Shown: positions 24,004-36,796 of the stretch, piece by piece | Layout of the letters: each line of letters begins with the position of its first letter | Position numbering within the stretch: position 1 is the first letter of the stretch | DNA from: Glaucostegus cemiculus | Lineage: Eukaryota | Assembly: GCA_976551045.1 (NCBI GenBank) | Contig: CDPCPM010000571.1 | Coordinates: 682,001-746,000 of the forward strand | Reading direction: 5' to 3' | DNA: 64,000 nt | Position numbers and translations under genes: made by a program | The notes under the pieces: generated by a model | The model's database searches: none | Seen by the model: the letters and a program-made list of their open reading frames with translations, nothing else | Told to the model about the DNA's origin: nothing

Positions 24004-25239
24004 ACTTTCCACAAAGCTCACACTTTATAAGACAAGATCTCTTTATCAGTCACATGTACATCGAAACACACAGTGAAATGCCTCGTTTTGCATAAAGTGT
24101 TCAGGGGGCAGCCCGCTTTCTCTCTCTTTCCCCTCCCTCACCTCTTTTCCCTCTCTCTGTTACTCACAAATCTCTTTTTGCTCTCTCTCCTCTCCCCCCC
24201 CCCTCTTGCTTCCATATCTCAGTCACTCTCCTCTTTCTCTCCCCCATTTCTGTGTCCGTAAAGAGAAAGAGGAATGAAAAGCTGGGAACTCGAGGCTGGC
24301 AAGGATCCGGTCAGGTCTGACTTCCTACCTCTCGCCTACTCTTTAACCTTGGTACAATTACAACGTTTGGACAGGTACATGGATCGTAAAAGTTTTGAGG
24401 GATATGGGCCAAACACAGGCAAATGGGACGAGCTCAAGTGAACAGCTTAGTCCGCATGGACAGGTTGGGTTGAAAGGCCAGTTTCCATGCTGTATAACTC
24501 TATAACTAAATGACCGGGCCCCCGTGCTTACTGTTTTGTGCTCTACTTTCATGAAATCCTTGTATTTCTGCATTTGGGCCAGCGAGCATGTTTTCCTCTT
24601 TAAGAAAATTAGAGCAAGGACGCTGCAGTGAGGAATATGATGATAGAAATCAGACACGACAGAAATAAACTAAAGCCAAGGGAAGTAAACAGGACAAGGC
24701 AACATCATCTGCAGAACCGTATCTCCACTGATGATTTTCTTGCCTGGATTATCGGGTTACAAGTGGCAACAAGCTGGCGTGCGGAATGACTTGAATACTA
24801 ATTTGTTGAAGGCGAGGGAATCACAGCGTTGTAGTTGATAGCTCCATCCTGAGCTCAGTGCAAGCACAGATGGCAGGCCTGGTGCGGGTCGACCTTTCAC
24901 ATGGCCTCTGCCAGATCATCATCAGCCTTGGGTGTCTCCCGCCTCCGAAACACTGTGTCATACACAAGGTGTCAGCTGCGAATTAGTGCATCGCAGCCTC
25001 TCAGGATCTGTTCCAAAGGTCTCAGCGCAGAATCCGGGCTGCCGTTCCCATTACTGAGGGAGTGCTGCACCGTCAGGCCGCACTGTCCCGCCGGGGCCTT
25101 GTGTTCGTTCACGGGACGTTGAGGTTGCAGGCAATGCCAGCATTTATTGTCCATCCCTAATTGCCTCTGTACTGAGGAGGTGGTCAAAGGTCAACCAGGT
25201 AACCGATTGGTGGGTCTGGAGTCACAAATAGACTGGGTA

Positions 25240-25450
25240 GAACATAGAACATAGAACATAGAAAAACTACAGCACAATTCATGCCCTTCGGCCCACAAAG
25301 CTGTGCCGAACATGTCCCCACACTAGAAATTACTGGGCATTCCCATAGCCCTCTATTTTACTTATCTCCATGTACCTATCTAACAGTCTCTTGAAAGACC
25401 CTATCGTATCTGCCACCACCACTGCTTCCAGCAGCCCATTCCACGCACAC
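25240..25450 (-). mobile_element. Young CR1 3' end with a 5-bp TSD
   Basis: (CATAGAA)n tail; GGGTA at 25235-25239 and 25451-25455. Confidence 0.9.
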
Positions 25451-26057
25451 GGGTAAGGAGGACAAATTTGCTCCATTGAATGGCGTTAGGTTTTTACAAC
25501 CATCTGGTAGTTTCAAGGTTACCATTACCGAAAACATTATGATTTTAAATTCCAAACTTATTTTTAATCATTTGAATTTAAATTTCCCTGCCTGCAGTGA
25601 CGGGATTCGAACTGCGCTCCTTTGAACTGAGGCTGCTTCGGCCCTCTCACAAGGCTGCAAAGAATCCAGCGCGACGACTTGAATGAGAGCAGGGATGTTT
25701 GCCCCAGTACCCAGCCCAATATGGTTCCCCCTAGCAACCTCTGCAAAACGTCTGGCTGTGTTGGTGGACTCTTACTATTTACTGACTGGCTTTCCTCGTG
25801 ACTTTAAAAACACTGAATTAGTTGTCAAATGTACTGGAGGGTATGAAAATCACAAGGACCGTTTTTTTTTCCATAATGGTGAATAATTTTTGTTACAAGC
25901 GCTCATTAAATGGGCCAAGTAATGTGGGGTCACACCTCCCTCCTTCCCTCCATTTTAAATCGTTTCTCCCATTTGAGATTTAATTGGCAGCCTGGCCATT
26001 CAGGTTGGTGTTCCACACTTCCCCTACCCGCTCCATGTGCCTAGATTTGTCCACTGT

Positions 26058-26250
26058 GACACAAGAGGTTCTGCAGGTGCTGGACTCCGGAGCAACACAC
26101 ACACACAAAATGCTGGAGGAACTCAGCAGGTCAGGCAGCATCTATGGAGGGAAACAAACAGTCGACGTTTCGGGTCGAGACCCTTCATCAGGACCCTTCC
26201 TCCAGCATCTTGTGCGTCTTGCTCACTGAGTTCTCCAGCCCAGCTCCAGT
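26058..26250. mobile_element. Short Penelope-derived element with a partial inverted pLTR
   Basis: 'cacaaaatgctggaggaa' at the left is mirrored by 'ttcctccagcatcttgtg' at the right; contains a hammerhead core. Confidence 0.8.
26161..26194 (-). ncRNA. Minimal type I hammerhead ribozyme motif
   Basis: Minus strand GUC-CUGAUGA-A-GGGU(CUCG)ACCC-GAAAC-GUC^GAC. All core nucleotides are present, helix I is GUC/GAC and helix III is a palindromic ACGU. Confidence 0.8.
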
Positions 26251-26335
26251 AGAGAACGACGACACGCTCTGCCACTGCAGGTTGTGCTGCTTCCCTTCCA
26301 CCTTCAGCTGTCCTGGTTTGACCCTGACCTCCAGT

Positions 26336-26510
26336 GTCCTCCGGGTGCTCTGGTTGTGGGCATGCAGTGCTGGCGGCGGAAGTGTGGCAACACTTGCGGG
26401 CTGCCCCCCAGTGCATTCTACGCAAAAGGTGCACTTCACTGTGTGTTTCGATGTGCATGTGACTAATAAAGACCTTATCTTTTTAGAGAGATAAATATCT
26501 TATCTTATCT
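26336..26510 (+). mobile_element. V-SINE A 3' portion nested in an HE1-like SINE (host continues to about 26770)
   Basis: A-type tail followed by resumption of 'ggagtttgcatattctccc'. Confidence 0.75.
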
Positions 26511-27129
26511 GGAGTTTGCATATTCTCCCTGTTTCTGCCACAGACTCTGATTTCCTCCCACACCCCAGAGCCGTTCAGAGGGTTAATTGGCCACTGTAAA
26601 TTACACCTGAGTGGTTAGTGGCAAAATCAATCAAAGAGGAGTCGAGGGGCATGTGTGACAGTAAGTTGTAGGGGTGCAGTGAAATAAAGGGGAGGAAGGG
26701 ATTTATGAGACTGCTCCCCTGGGAACCAGCATGGACCTGATGGGCCAAATGGCCTCTTTCTGTGTCGCAAGGTAACACGAAGGAAGGTTTGCCATTGGCA
26801 CAGGCTAAGGACTCCCCTGAGATTAACTGGCGGCAGATGTAGAGGGAGCGGGAAGTGGCAGCGCGGAGAGTGTGTTACCTCCATTCACCCCCAAGGCTGC
26901 AGAACAGCCAGGAAAAGGAAAATAAATTCTGCACCAAGAATAAGTAACACTGGCCCTGAAACCAGCAAAAGCAAAATCCAACTGGTTCAATAGCTTCTTT
27001 CGAGAAGGAGATCTGGCATAGTTCCTGGGTCCATCTTACTTTCTGTTACTTCATTCACAGCACATGGACGTCACCTCTAGTACCGTCATTTCTTGCCGTA
27101 CAATGTGAGTCAGGAGTTCTGACACAGTG

Positions 27130-27440
27130 GGTCCATGCCAGGTACTCATTCACATCTATCCTATTTTTCCAGTCCCACTTCCACACTTCTTTCCTTGTAA
27201 CCCCTTCTCTCTCGTATATCCCTCATTCCCCCTCCCACCCAACTGATTCCCTTACCATCCACCCACCCACCCTGGGGCAATTTACCCACCAACCCCCATG
27301 CCTTTGGGATGTGGGAGGAGACCGGGGCACCCGGAGGAAACCCACACAGTCACAGAGAGAACGTGCAAACTCCACGCAGACAGCACCCGACGAGCCCGGG
27401 TCTCTGGAACTGGGCAGCAGCTCTAACTGCTGCGCTACCC
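27130..27440 (-). mobile_element. HE1-like V-SINE
   Basis: Antisense V core 'ccggaggaaacccacacagtcacagagagaacgtgcaaactcc'. Confidence 0.75.
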
Positions 27441-27539
27441 GTTGTCCCTCCTTGATTGTCGTCTGAGTGGTTTCCGGAGCTACCGGTAAGAGTCAACCAC
27501 TGAGGGTCTGGAGCCCACTTAGGCCAGAGTAGTGAGAGC

Positions 27540-28790
27540 AGCTTTGGCTTGTCAGAAGAGTGAGAGGGGCTTGAATGAAATGTATAGGTGAAGTGTCGCA
27601 CTTCGGGAGGTCCAGTGTGAGAGGAAAGTACACAGTAAATGGCAGCGCCCTTAGGAGCACTGATGTACAGAGGGATCCTGGGGTCAAGTCCATTGCTCCC
27701 TGAAAGTGTCAACACAAGTAGGTAGGGCAGTAAAGAAGGTGTACGGCATGTTTGCCTTCATTGGTCGGGCCACTGAGTAAAATGGTAGGGTCATGCTGCA
27801 GCTCTGTGAAACTGTGGTCAGACCACATGTGGAGAATTGTCTGCAGTTCTAGTCACCCCTTTGAAGGAAGGATGTGGAGGCTTTGGAGAGGGTGCAGAAG
27901 AGCTGCACCAGGATGTTGCCTGGATTACAGAGTCTTAATGGTGTAAGGAGAGGCTGGACGAGCGTCAGAGGCTAAGGGGTAACCTTACAGAGGTGTATAA
28001 AATTACGAGAGGCGTAGATAGGGTAGATGGTCAGAATCTTTTTCCCAGGATGGAAATGTCAAATACCAGAGGGCATAGCTTTAAGGTGAGAGGTAGAAAG
28101 CTGAAAGGAGATTTACAAGTTTTTTTTACACAGAGAGTGGTGGGTGCCTGGAACAGGCTGCCAGGGGAGGTGGTGGAAGCAGATATAATAGCAATGTTTA
28201 AGAGGCATTGAGACAGACACATGAACATACAGGGAGTGGAAGAATCTGAATCGTGTTCAGGCAGATGGGATTAGTTTAAATTGGCATCGTGTTCGGCACA
28301 GACATCGTGGGCCAAAGGGCCTGTCCCTGTGCTATACTGATCTGCGTTCAATGTACTGAGGAGTCTTGGCAGAGTGCATGTGGAGAGGACGTTTCCTCTT
28401 GTGGGAGAACCTCAGACCAAGGACCACTGTTGAAATATAAAGGGGTCACTCATCTGAGACAGGGGAGAGGCAGAATTTTTTTTTCCCCTCTTGGATGTTT
28501 GTGGGTCTTTGGAACTCCCTTCTTCAACAGGTGATGAGAGCAGAACCTTTGACTATTTTTCAGGCAGAGGTAGGTAGATAATAAGCAAAGGGAGGGGGAA
28601 AAGGTTACTAAGAGTAGGTGGGAGCATGGAGTTGGGGTGACACTCAGGTCAACCAAGATCTTATTAAATGGTGAACCGGGAAAGGCGTTTGAAGGCTTTA
28701 AGAGTGAGTAGGGTTTTAAAGGGATACGGAGCTTACACAGGTGAATGAATTAGCCATGATCTGATTGAAAATCGGAGGTGGTTCAGGGGC
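27540..28790 (+). mobile_element. CR1 3' fragments (two adjacent copies)
   Basis: YKITRGVDRVDGQNLFPRMEMSNTRGHSFKVRG...FFTQRVVGAWNRLP; a second 3' end lies at 28350-28790. Confidence 0.85.
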
Positions 28791-30799
28791 GAAACGTCTC
28801 ATGCCATTCCAGTGCTGTGACACATGGCGTTCTGAGTGGGGGCATCATCAGTGGAATGAATGGCATTCCTGCTCACACTGTAACCAATGATGAAAAGCTG
28901 ACACGTTCCGACTGAACCTGAAAGGTAATCTAACCTTCTCCTTGTTAGGTTGGCGTGAGCATTTTCTCGGGAGGGTCTGAAGCCTTTTACGGCCATCGTC
29001 AATTGTTTTCTTTCACCTCAGTGGCTTTCAGAACCAGTCGCAACGATGGGGGAAGGCACCGGGCTGAGAAGAGTGTGGGAGGAGGGAGGGGAGAGGTGAT
29101 CGGTAATGCCTCACTTGTCTAAATCCAGATCAGACAAAAATGTGAAATCCAAGTATTCTGATTTGTGGTGTAAACCCAAAGGAATCAACCAGCTGAAATA
29201 TGCAGTGACAAAACGACTTAAATTTTGTTTTTTCTGGAAAGACAGTCTGAAGGTTTAAGGCTTCCATTAGAGGATGCCAGCTAGCAGTGACAGGATGAAT
29301 TTTGCAGGGGAGATTAACTTGGGTTGCAGCCCCTTGAAGATCATACCCTGGATGGTTTGGCAGTTCTATTCCTGGAATGATAATCCGGTGCTAAGTAATC
29401 CAGAAAGCTCCAAATCCGTCCGCCTATTCTTAACTATTTGGAAATAAAGAGTGACTGGGGTGTGCTAGGTGACTTGACAACATCGACCAGTTCACTCTTA
29501 TCTACAGGGAAAGAAATGTGACCTTCCCTGTCTCTGGCCTGAAGGTGCACCCAGCCTTCACTGGCACCGTTGAGCCTGGTCGCCCAGCTGTACAGTTACA
29601 AAAGACGGACTGTGATTCATGCGAGCGCCCTTTCGGCTGGTGGGGGAATGAGCAATAAATCCGGGCTTTACCCCCCCTCCTCCCCGTCCCAAGGAGAAAT
29701 CACAGCAAACGTCAAGAGGGATGTTGGGCAGTTGCACCTTCTTCACCACGGGACTGGCAAGGATCGGTGAGGTTGCTGGGGATCGGGAGTGCTCTGGGAT
29801 TGGACGCAAGGACCAAGCTCGAGGGAGCGAGTGGCCTCCTGTTTCCTGTTGTCTGGATTATCTCCTGGTTGGTTGCCAGGCGCCCCAAGTTGTGACCCCC
29901 CTCTGCCTTCTGCCTCCCCACCACCCTGACTCCCCCCGCCCCAGCCCTTTCGCCTGCTCCCTCTGCGGGAGTGAGACCGGGTGACGTGCTGCCTTTCATC
30001 TCACACGGCACGCCACTCATTTCCAGCCCATGAATATTTCATCGCGAAAGCACCGACTGTGCTTTCAAGAGCAAGAGAGTGACTCAACTCATTATGGGTA
30101 ACTGCAGTTCTTCGCCCTGGGGACTGGCACTGGAGACACCTGCTTGACTTTTGAAGTTGTTTCTGCTGCATTCGAAAACGCTACGACCGCAGTGGATAGG
30201 AATCATTTTGTCGGTCAGGATGCAAATTTCGGAAGGAGGCTGGACCAGCTCATGGGTGCCAGAGTGGCACGGCGAAAGTGGCTGTCCTTGTCATTCTAAA
30301 TCAGGGTGCAAACCCTAATCCAGAGATTTGAGCTCGTAACTAGGCTGAAATCAAAGGTTTCCCCTCCTCGCTCCTTGCCATAACCCTAAATACCATTGGA
30401 TTATGTTTTACAATGCACTGTAGAATGAGGCCATTTATCCTACCATCCAAAGAGCAATGGATGAGCTCCGACAGTCCCCTACTCCTTCCCCATACAAGTC
30501 TTGTATTTTTTCCCTTTTACGTAGAGACCTACTTCCCGTTAATTAGTTATTATTGAATTTGCCTCCAGCACTCCTCCAGGCAGTGGATTGCAGTTCATAT
30601 TAAGGCTCTGTGCAAAAAAAAATACTCTTCACCTCCCATTTGTGGGTTTTTTTTGGCAATTATTTTAAATCTGTCTCTTCGGGCTGCCAGTGGAAGCAAT
30701 TTCTCCCCCTCTACTCTAGATTCGGAGGAAGGCAACCCCGGGTTTTCCAGTCACTGTCTGGTATCCGTCCGCGAAACACAGCAGGAGACGGATGGAGCC

Positions 30800-31800
30800 A
30801 AGCCACCTCCCACTAGCTAACGGGTCGGGCCAAAGCACTGCCACCTCACCTATATCACCACGGCAATGTCAGTAGGAGTCCCGCCTTCGCCTCACGTACG
30901 CGGTCCATTGTGTTGTGTGGCAGGACCACCTTGCTAAATGGGGTGGACTCAGAGCAGAGTGTAAAGCTGCTTACGGTGCGGTCCATCAGCAGGATCTGTG
31001 GCCTGGTGACCTGGGCTATCCCTCGCTCTGCCACTGCTAGCAAGCTGGGGGATCAACCCTGGTTCAGCGAGGAGTGCGGAAGGTCATGACCAACTCCTCC
31101 TAACTGTGTGGTGCCAGCCTAGCAAGGCTGCAATTCAGGACCACGTCGGTGCTAAACAGCAAAAGCAGCAGAGCAACAGACAGAGCGAAACAACCTCTCA
31201 ACCTACAAGTCAGGTCAAAGCTCTGTGTTCCTAGCCGCTAAACAGCTACTAGAGAGAGGAGGCTTTAAGAACATCCTCATCGTCAGCGAGGGACAGGGTC
31301 CAGTAATACGCCTGCTGGAGATATGGCTGAAGCGTTCACAGACAAGTTCAGCCATTAGATGCAACATACAAGATGCTGGAGGAACTCAGTGGGTCCAGGC
31401 AGCATCTGCGGAGGGAAGTGGGCAGGCTTGTGCTGATCAGGTGATCCATCTCAGCTCCCTCCTGAGTCCCCACCGTCACAGAAGCCAGTCTCCAGCCAAT
31501 TCACTCTGCCCGATATCATGAAACAGCTGAGAGCATTGGACTCAGCGAAGGCTGGATCTGCACTCCAGAATGAGCAACACCTTGAGCCAAACCGTTCCAG
31601 TACAATTCTGGAAAATTGTCCGGGTACCTCCTGTTAAATAAAGCAGGACAGATCCACTCTGGCTAATTCCCACCCAATCAGCCCTCTCTCGATCATCAAC
31701 AAAGTGAGGGAAGCTGCCGTCAACAATACAATGAAGAAATACCTACTCATCAATAATCTGTCCATTGAAGCACAATTTGGGTTTCACTCAGGACTTCAAG
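30800..31800 (+). mobile_element. Old CR1-like ORF2 remnant (PLE fragment inserted at about 31360-31425)
   Basis: 'gatcaaccctggttcagcgaggagtgc' (QPWF) and 'ctaattcccacccaatcagccctctctcgatcatc' (NYRPISLLS-like). Confidence 0.6.
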
Positions 31801-31919
31801 AGCTGGATTCCAAAGGAATAGTGAGTGACTGTCCCTAGCATCAGGACAAAGTTCCTTTGGAGGGGGACTTCCACCCGATCAGTGCATTGATATTTTGCTC
31901 CCACTGACTCTTTGATGTC

Positions 31920-32270
31920 ATAAAGACACAGAGGCGTGCAGCATACAAACATTCCCCTCTGCCTACTCCGTCTGTGCCAACCATCATGTCTCTCTGTACT
32001 AATCCCACTTGGCTGCATTAATCCCACATCCCTCTACAGCCTTCCCATTCAAGTACCTGCCCGGATGCCTCTTAAATGCTGTTCCTGTTCCTGCCTCCAC
32101 CACCTCCTCTGGCAGCTCATTCCAGATACCACCTACTCTCTGTGTGAAAGATTTACCCCTCAGATCCCCTTTAAACCTCCTCCCTCTCACCTTAAACCTA
32201 TGCCCTCAATGTTTTAGACACCCCTGCCCTGGGAAACAGACACTGACAATCTGCGCTATCTATGTCTCAC
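31920..32270 (-). mobile_element. CR1 3' fragment
   Basis: RGRRFKGDLRGKSFTQRVGGIWNELPEEVVEAG. Confidence 0.85.
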
Positions 32271-32359
32271 TATGTCCCACTAGTTAGCACTCCCATGAGA
32301 CCCCATGTTATCCCACTGATGTATTTGGTGAACCACTGAGTAGCCTATATGTCTCAGTA

Positions 32360-33090
32360 TTGGTATTGGTATTGATTCATTATTGTCACTTGTACCGAGG
32401 TACAGTGAAAAGCTTGTCTTACAAACCGATTGTACAGGTCAATTCAGTGCAGTTACGTAGTTAGTACAAAGTGCATTGAAGTAGTACAGTAAAAACAGTA
32501 ACAGTACAGAGTAAAGTGTCACAGCTACAGAGAAAGTGCAGTGCAATAAGGTGCAAGGTCACACAAGGTAGAATGTGAGGTCATAGACTATCTCATTGTA
32601 TAAGGGAACCGTTCAATAGTCTTATCACAGTGGGGAAGAAGCTGTCCTTAAGTCTGGTGGTGCGTGCCCTCAGGCACCTGTATCTCCTACCCAGTGGAAG
32701 AGGAGAGAATGTCCCGGATGAGTGGGGTCTTTGACTATGCTGGCCACTACACCAAGACAATGAGAGGTAAAAACAAGAGTCCAAGGAGGGGAGGCTGGTG
32801 TCCGTGATGTGCTGGGCTGTGTCCACAACTCTCTGCAGCTTCTTGCGGTCCTGGGCAGAGCAGTTGCCATACCAAGCCATGATACAACCAGATAGGATGC
32901 TTTCTATGGTGCATCGGTAAAAGCTTGGTGAGAGTCGAAGGGGACATACCAAATTTCTTCAGCCTCCTGAAGAAGTAGAGGTGCTGTTGAGCTTTCTTGG
33001 CTGTGGCACCTACATGGTTAGACCAGGACAGGCTGTTGGTGATGTTCACACCCAGGAACTTGAAGCTCTCAATCCTCTCGACTCTCCACT
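32360..33090 (-). mobile_element. Rex1/Babar LINE 3' fragment
   Basis: NITNSLSWSNHV...KKAQQHLYFFRRLKKFG and FYRCTIESILSGCIMAWYGNCSAQDRKKLQRVV...RLKDSFFPTVIRLLN. Confidence 0.92.
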
Positions 33091-33751
33091 GAGCACTGTA
33101 ACATCACAGAGGCCCCCTTCCCTGAGATGTTCCCCTGATATAACCCTTCAGAATGGCTCCAACCCCCTTGGTGATTCCCTGATGTCACACACGTCTTGTA
33201 GATGGTGGAAAGGCTTTGGACTGTCAGGGACTGAGTCACTCACCACCCAATGCAGAACTTTAAAGTCCAGTTGGAAATTAGATACCTGCACTTTTTATTT
33301 CAACACAACGTTACCCGGCTTACCAGTTACCGGCTGGCCAGCAGTGGAAACTAAAGCAAAGGTTTATCATTCACTCATTCTGTAACATGTAGTTCAATTT
33401 TAAATTTGATGGCATTATTTTCCAAACTCCAGTCGTTCTTTTCCAAGATCTTAAAAAATATATCTACTTGAATGTTACAAAAAAGGAATTCCATGGAGAA
33501 GAATCAGTCTGAATTTTAATGAAAACTGTTTTGATCAATTCCGCTCCCACAGTGATAAGAAATTCAGGGAACAAATGCATTGTATTCTTTAAATAAATCT
33601 GAAAAGGATTAGCTTTCTGAGATTTCCTGCCATTTTATTACTTTGCCCGCTTGGAGAGCTGATTGGGCAGATAGTGAACTTCTGGCCACACTGGATTACT
33701 GAGCTAGGTGCTAGTTCATCTTCAGCTGAATGTTAATGTGAGCTCTAACAC

Positions 33752-34360
33752 CATAGAGTCGTAGAGCCATGCAGCACAGGAACAGGCCCCTCAGCCCACC
33801 CTACCCATGCTGACTATTGTACCCATCTATACTACACTTACCAGCACCTGAGCCTTTTATGTCTTGCCTCGATGCTGCTTAAATATCGTGAGATCCCCTG
33901 CCTCCACCACACATCCAACAGTGCGTTCCAGATTCCAACCACTCTCATATTTCTTCCTTATACCCCCTGTAAACCTCTTACCTATGCCCTCCAGTTTTAG
34001 GCACCTCTGCTAAGTGGAAAAGTTTATTACCCTATCACTGCCCCTCCTAATTTTGTATATCTCTTATCAGGTCCCCTATCAGCTTCTTGTGCTCAAAGGG
34101 AAACAAATACAGCCCATCCCACCTCTCTGAGATGCTCCATCACAGGCAATATCCTGCTGAAATTCCTCTCTCTGCACCATCTCCAGTGCAATCACGTCCT
34201 TCCTGTGGATAGTTGACCAGCCATGGTCTGACCAGTGCTTAATAAACTTGCACCACAACATCTCTGCGCTTACATCCAAGCCCCAGCTAATGGAGGCAAG
34301 TATCCCATATGCCCTTTTCACAACCTTATCTGCCTGTGCTGCCACCTTCAGGGATCTTTG
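33752..34360 (-). mobile_element. Degenerate CR1 fragment
   Basis: AAQADKVVKRAYGILASIS...HRKDVIALEMVQR. Confidence 0.8.
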
Positions 34361-34823
34361 ACGGTCTGCGTAGCCTACATCGGACTGTCAGACGAAATCC
34401 TTGTGCTGAAGTGTATGGAGTGGGATTTGATCCCACAGCGATCAAACACAGAGATAAGAGCACCAACAACTGAGTGTTTAGCTCAATCCGCAAGCAAGGG
34501 TGGAATCAGGAAGGTCTGGGCTGTAGGGACCCGCCATTCTGTGTCACCTGCGGTGTGAACCCAGTTGAACCCAGGATGTAACAAAGGTGGACTGTGTGAC
34601 GGTGGGAGCAGTGAGACAGGAAAGGGTTGGCTAAGCATTGAGCAAATGGTGGTAAATGCTAAATTAGAGAGCAGCATCTCCAGTGAGGGACTCTCAGCAG
34701 ATCTCCCCATATGATACAGGAGGCTGCAGAGGAACAGATCAGACACGTCAATGAATGGGGCGTTCATGTGCAGGGAGGGCTTTGGGTTTGTGAGATATTT
34801 GGACTCATTTTGAGGACAAGGTG

Positions 34824-35398
34824 CCTCACACAGTGGGGCACCTTCATACTATCTGTAGACTCTCACACAGTGGGGCACCTTCATTCTATCTGTGGACCCT
34901 CACACAGTGGGGCACCTTCATACTATCTGTAGACCATCACACAGTGGGGCACCTTCATACTATCTGTAGACTCTCACACAGTGGGGCACCTTCATTCTAT
35001 CTGTGGACCCTCACACAGTGGGGCACCTTCATACTATCTGTAGACTCTCACACAGTGGGGCACCTTCATACTATCTGTGGACCCTCACACAGTGGGGCAG
35101 CTTCATTCTATCTGTGGACCCTCACACAGTGGGGCACCTTCATTCTATCTGTGGACCCTCACACAGTGGGGCACCTTCATTCTACCTGTGGACCCTCACA
35201 CAGTGGGGCACCTTCATACTATATGTAGACCCTCACACAGTCGACCGTCCTCATTCTGTCTGTGGACCCTCACACAGTGGGGCACCTTCATTCTATCTGC
35301 GAACCCTCACAGACTCAGTGGACCACCTTAATCTATCTGTAGACCCTCACACAGTGGACCGCCTCCATTCTATCTGTCGACTCCACCGACACAGTCGG
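34824..35398. repeat. 37-bp minisatellite, about 15 units
   Basis: Unit CTCACACAGTGGGGCACCTTCAT(A/T)CTATCTGT(A/G)GAC(T/C). Confidence 0.97.
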
Positions 35399-36246
35399 CC
35401 ACAAATTTCTCTGTTGTAGGTGTTCTACGATTCTATGAAAATCCACCTGAGAATGGAGACAGTCCTTTGGTTTAACTCCTCATGCAATGCTGCAGTGACC
35501 TAGCCCTCCCTGGGCACTGTGGCTCAGTCCTGGATGCAACTTGAACATCAGCCACTGCTTTAGGTGAGATTCTTGCTTGTCAGCTCCGCAAGAATTCTAG
35601 TGATTGATGCCCAGTTCCCCAGAAGATCCATACTGCATCCATCTGGGACTTGGCGCGATTTGTCTGAAGGCTTGTGTGTGCTGAGAGAACCTGCACTCAT
35701 CTCACTGCAAGCTGGCGACAGAATCCCAGATAGATCATCCGTCACCAGGAGAGAGGACAGATGAGATTAGTGAGTGTTATTTCAGCAACACAAAACAAAG
35801 TCTGACCGTCCTTCACAATGTAGACAAAGGAACATCTGCAACCCGGTTGCCCAAATTTGTATCAAATCCAGACAGCAAACTGAAGCTAAGTTTGCAGAGC
35901 ACACCCTACGTGCAACTTCTAGCCAACAGACCTCTCAAGGATAATATGACCACCATTTCCCTCATCTCACTCTTCTGAATGAGCCACAGCTGATCAACAC
36001 GGCGGGCAATATGTGGGTATAATCCAGGTTCAAGAACAGCTATTCGGTTCTTGATCCAACTGGCACAACCCTAATCACCACAGCACTATGACCACTTTGA
36101 TCACTTTGCACTAAGATGGACTTTTTTGTTCTAATAGTGTTCTTTCTTGTAAAAATTGTGTACAATTTATGTTTTATCTTGCATAAGCTGCTATGTGCCT
36201 GTGGTGCTGCTCCAAGACAATTTTTTATTGCACCTGAGCAGACATG

Positions 36247-36540
36247 TAAGATAAGATTTCTTTTTTAGTCATATGTACATCGAAACACAGTGAAATGCAT
36301 CTTTTTTGCATAGTGTTCTTGGGGGGCAGCCAGCAAGTGTCACCACGCTTCCGGCGCCAACATAGCACGCCCACAACTTCTTAACCCGTACGTCTTTGGA
36401 ATGCGGGAGGAAACCGGAGCACCCGGAGGAAACCTACGCAGACACAGGGAGAACGTACAATCTCCTTACAGACAGTGGCCGGAATTGAACCCCATCACTG
36501 GCGCTGTAATAGCGTTATGCTAACCGCTACACCACCACGC
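36247..36540 (-). mobile_element. V-SINE subfamily A (inserted in a Rex1-like tail)
   Basis: Full antisense copy. Confidence 0.9.
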
Positions 36541-36796
36541 CTACATATGACAATAAACTTGACTTTGACCTTGACTTTGAGATCTGCACTAACGATGTGG
36601 AGGTGTCCAAATTCCAGCTGGCAGCTGGGGGATTATAATTCCCGTGCATTATCTAAATAGATCTGCAGCTGAGAAATTGGCATCAGCAAGCACAACCAAT
36701 GAGTAAGAGTGAAAATCCATTTGGAAGGGAAATCTGGCCCGAAATGTGACTGTGATCCAGGATCAACGTACCAAGCAGGCCACTAGTTTGGGAAAA

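Noticed and set aside
28887-28980. C/D-box snoRNA-like pattern (ATGATGA...CTGA)
   Set aside because: No terminal stem, no recognisable rRNA or snRNA guide, no known host gene.
34821-35419. Repetitive ORFs or CRISPR-like periodicity
   Set aside because: Contiguous tandem units with no unique spacers and no cas genes, in vertebrate DNA.
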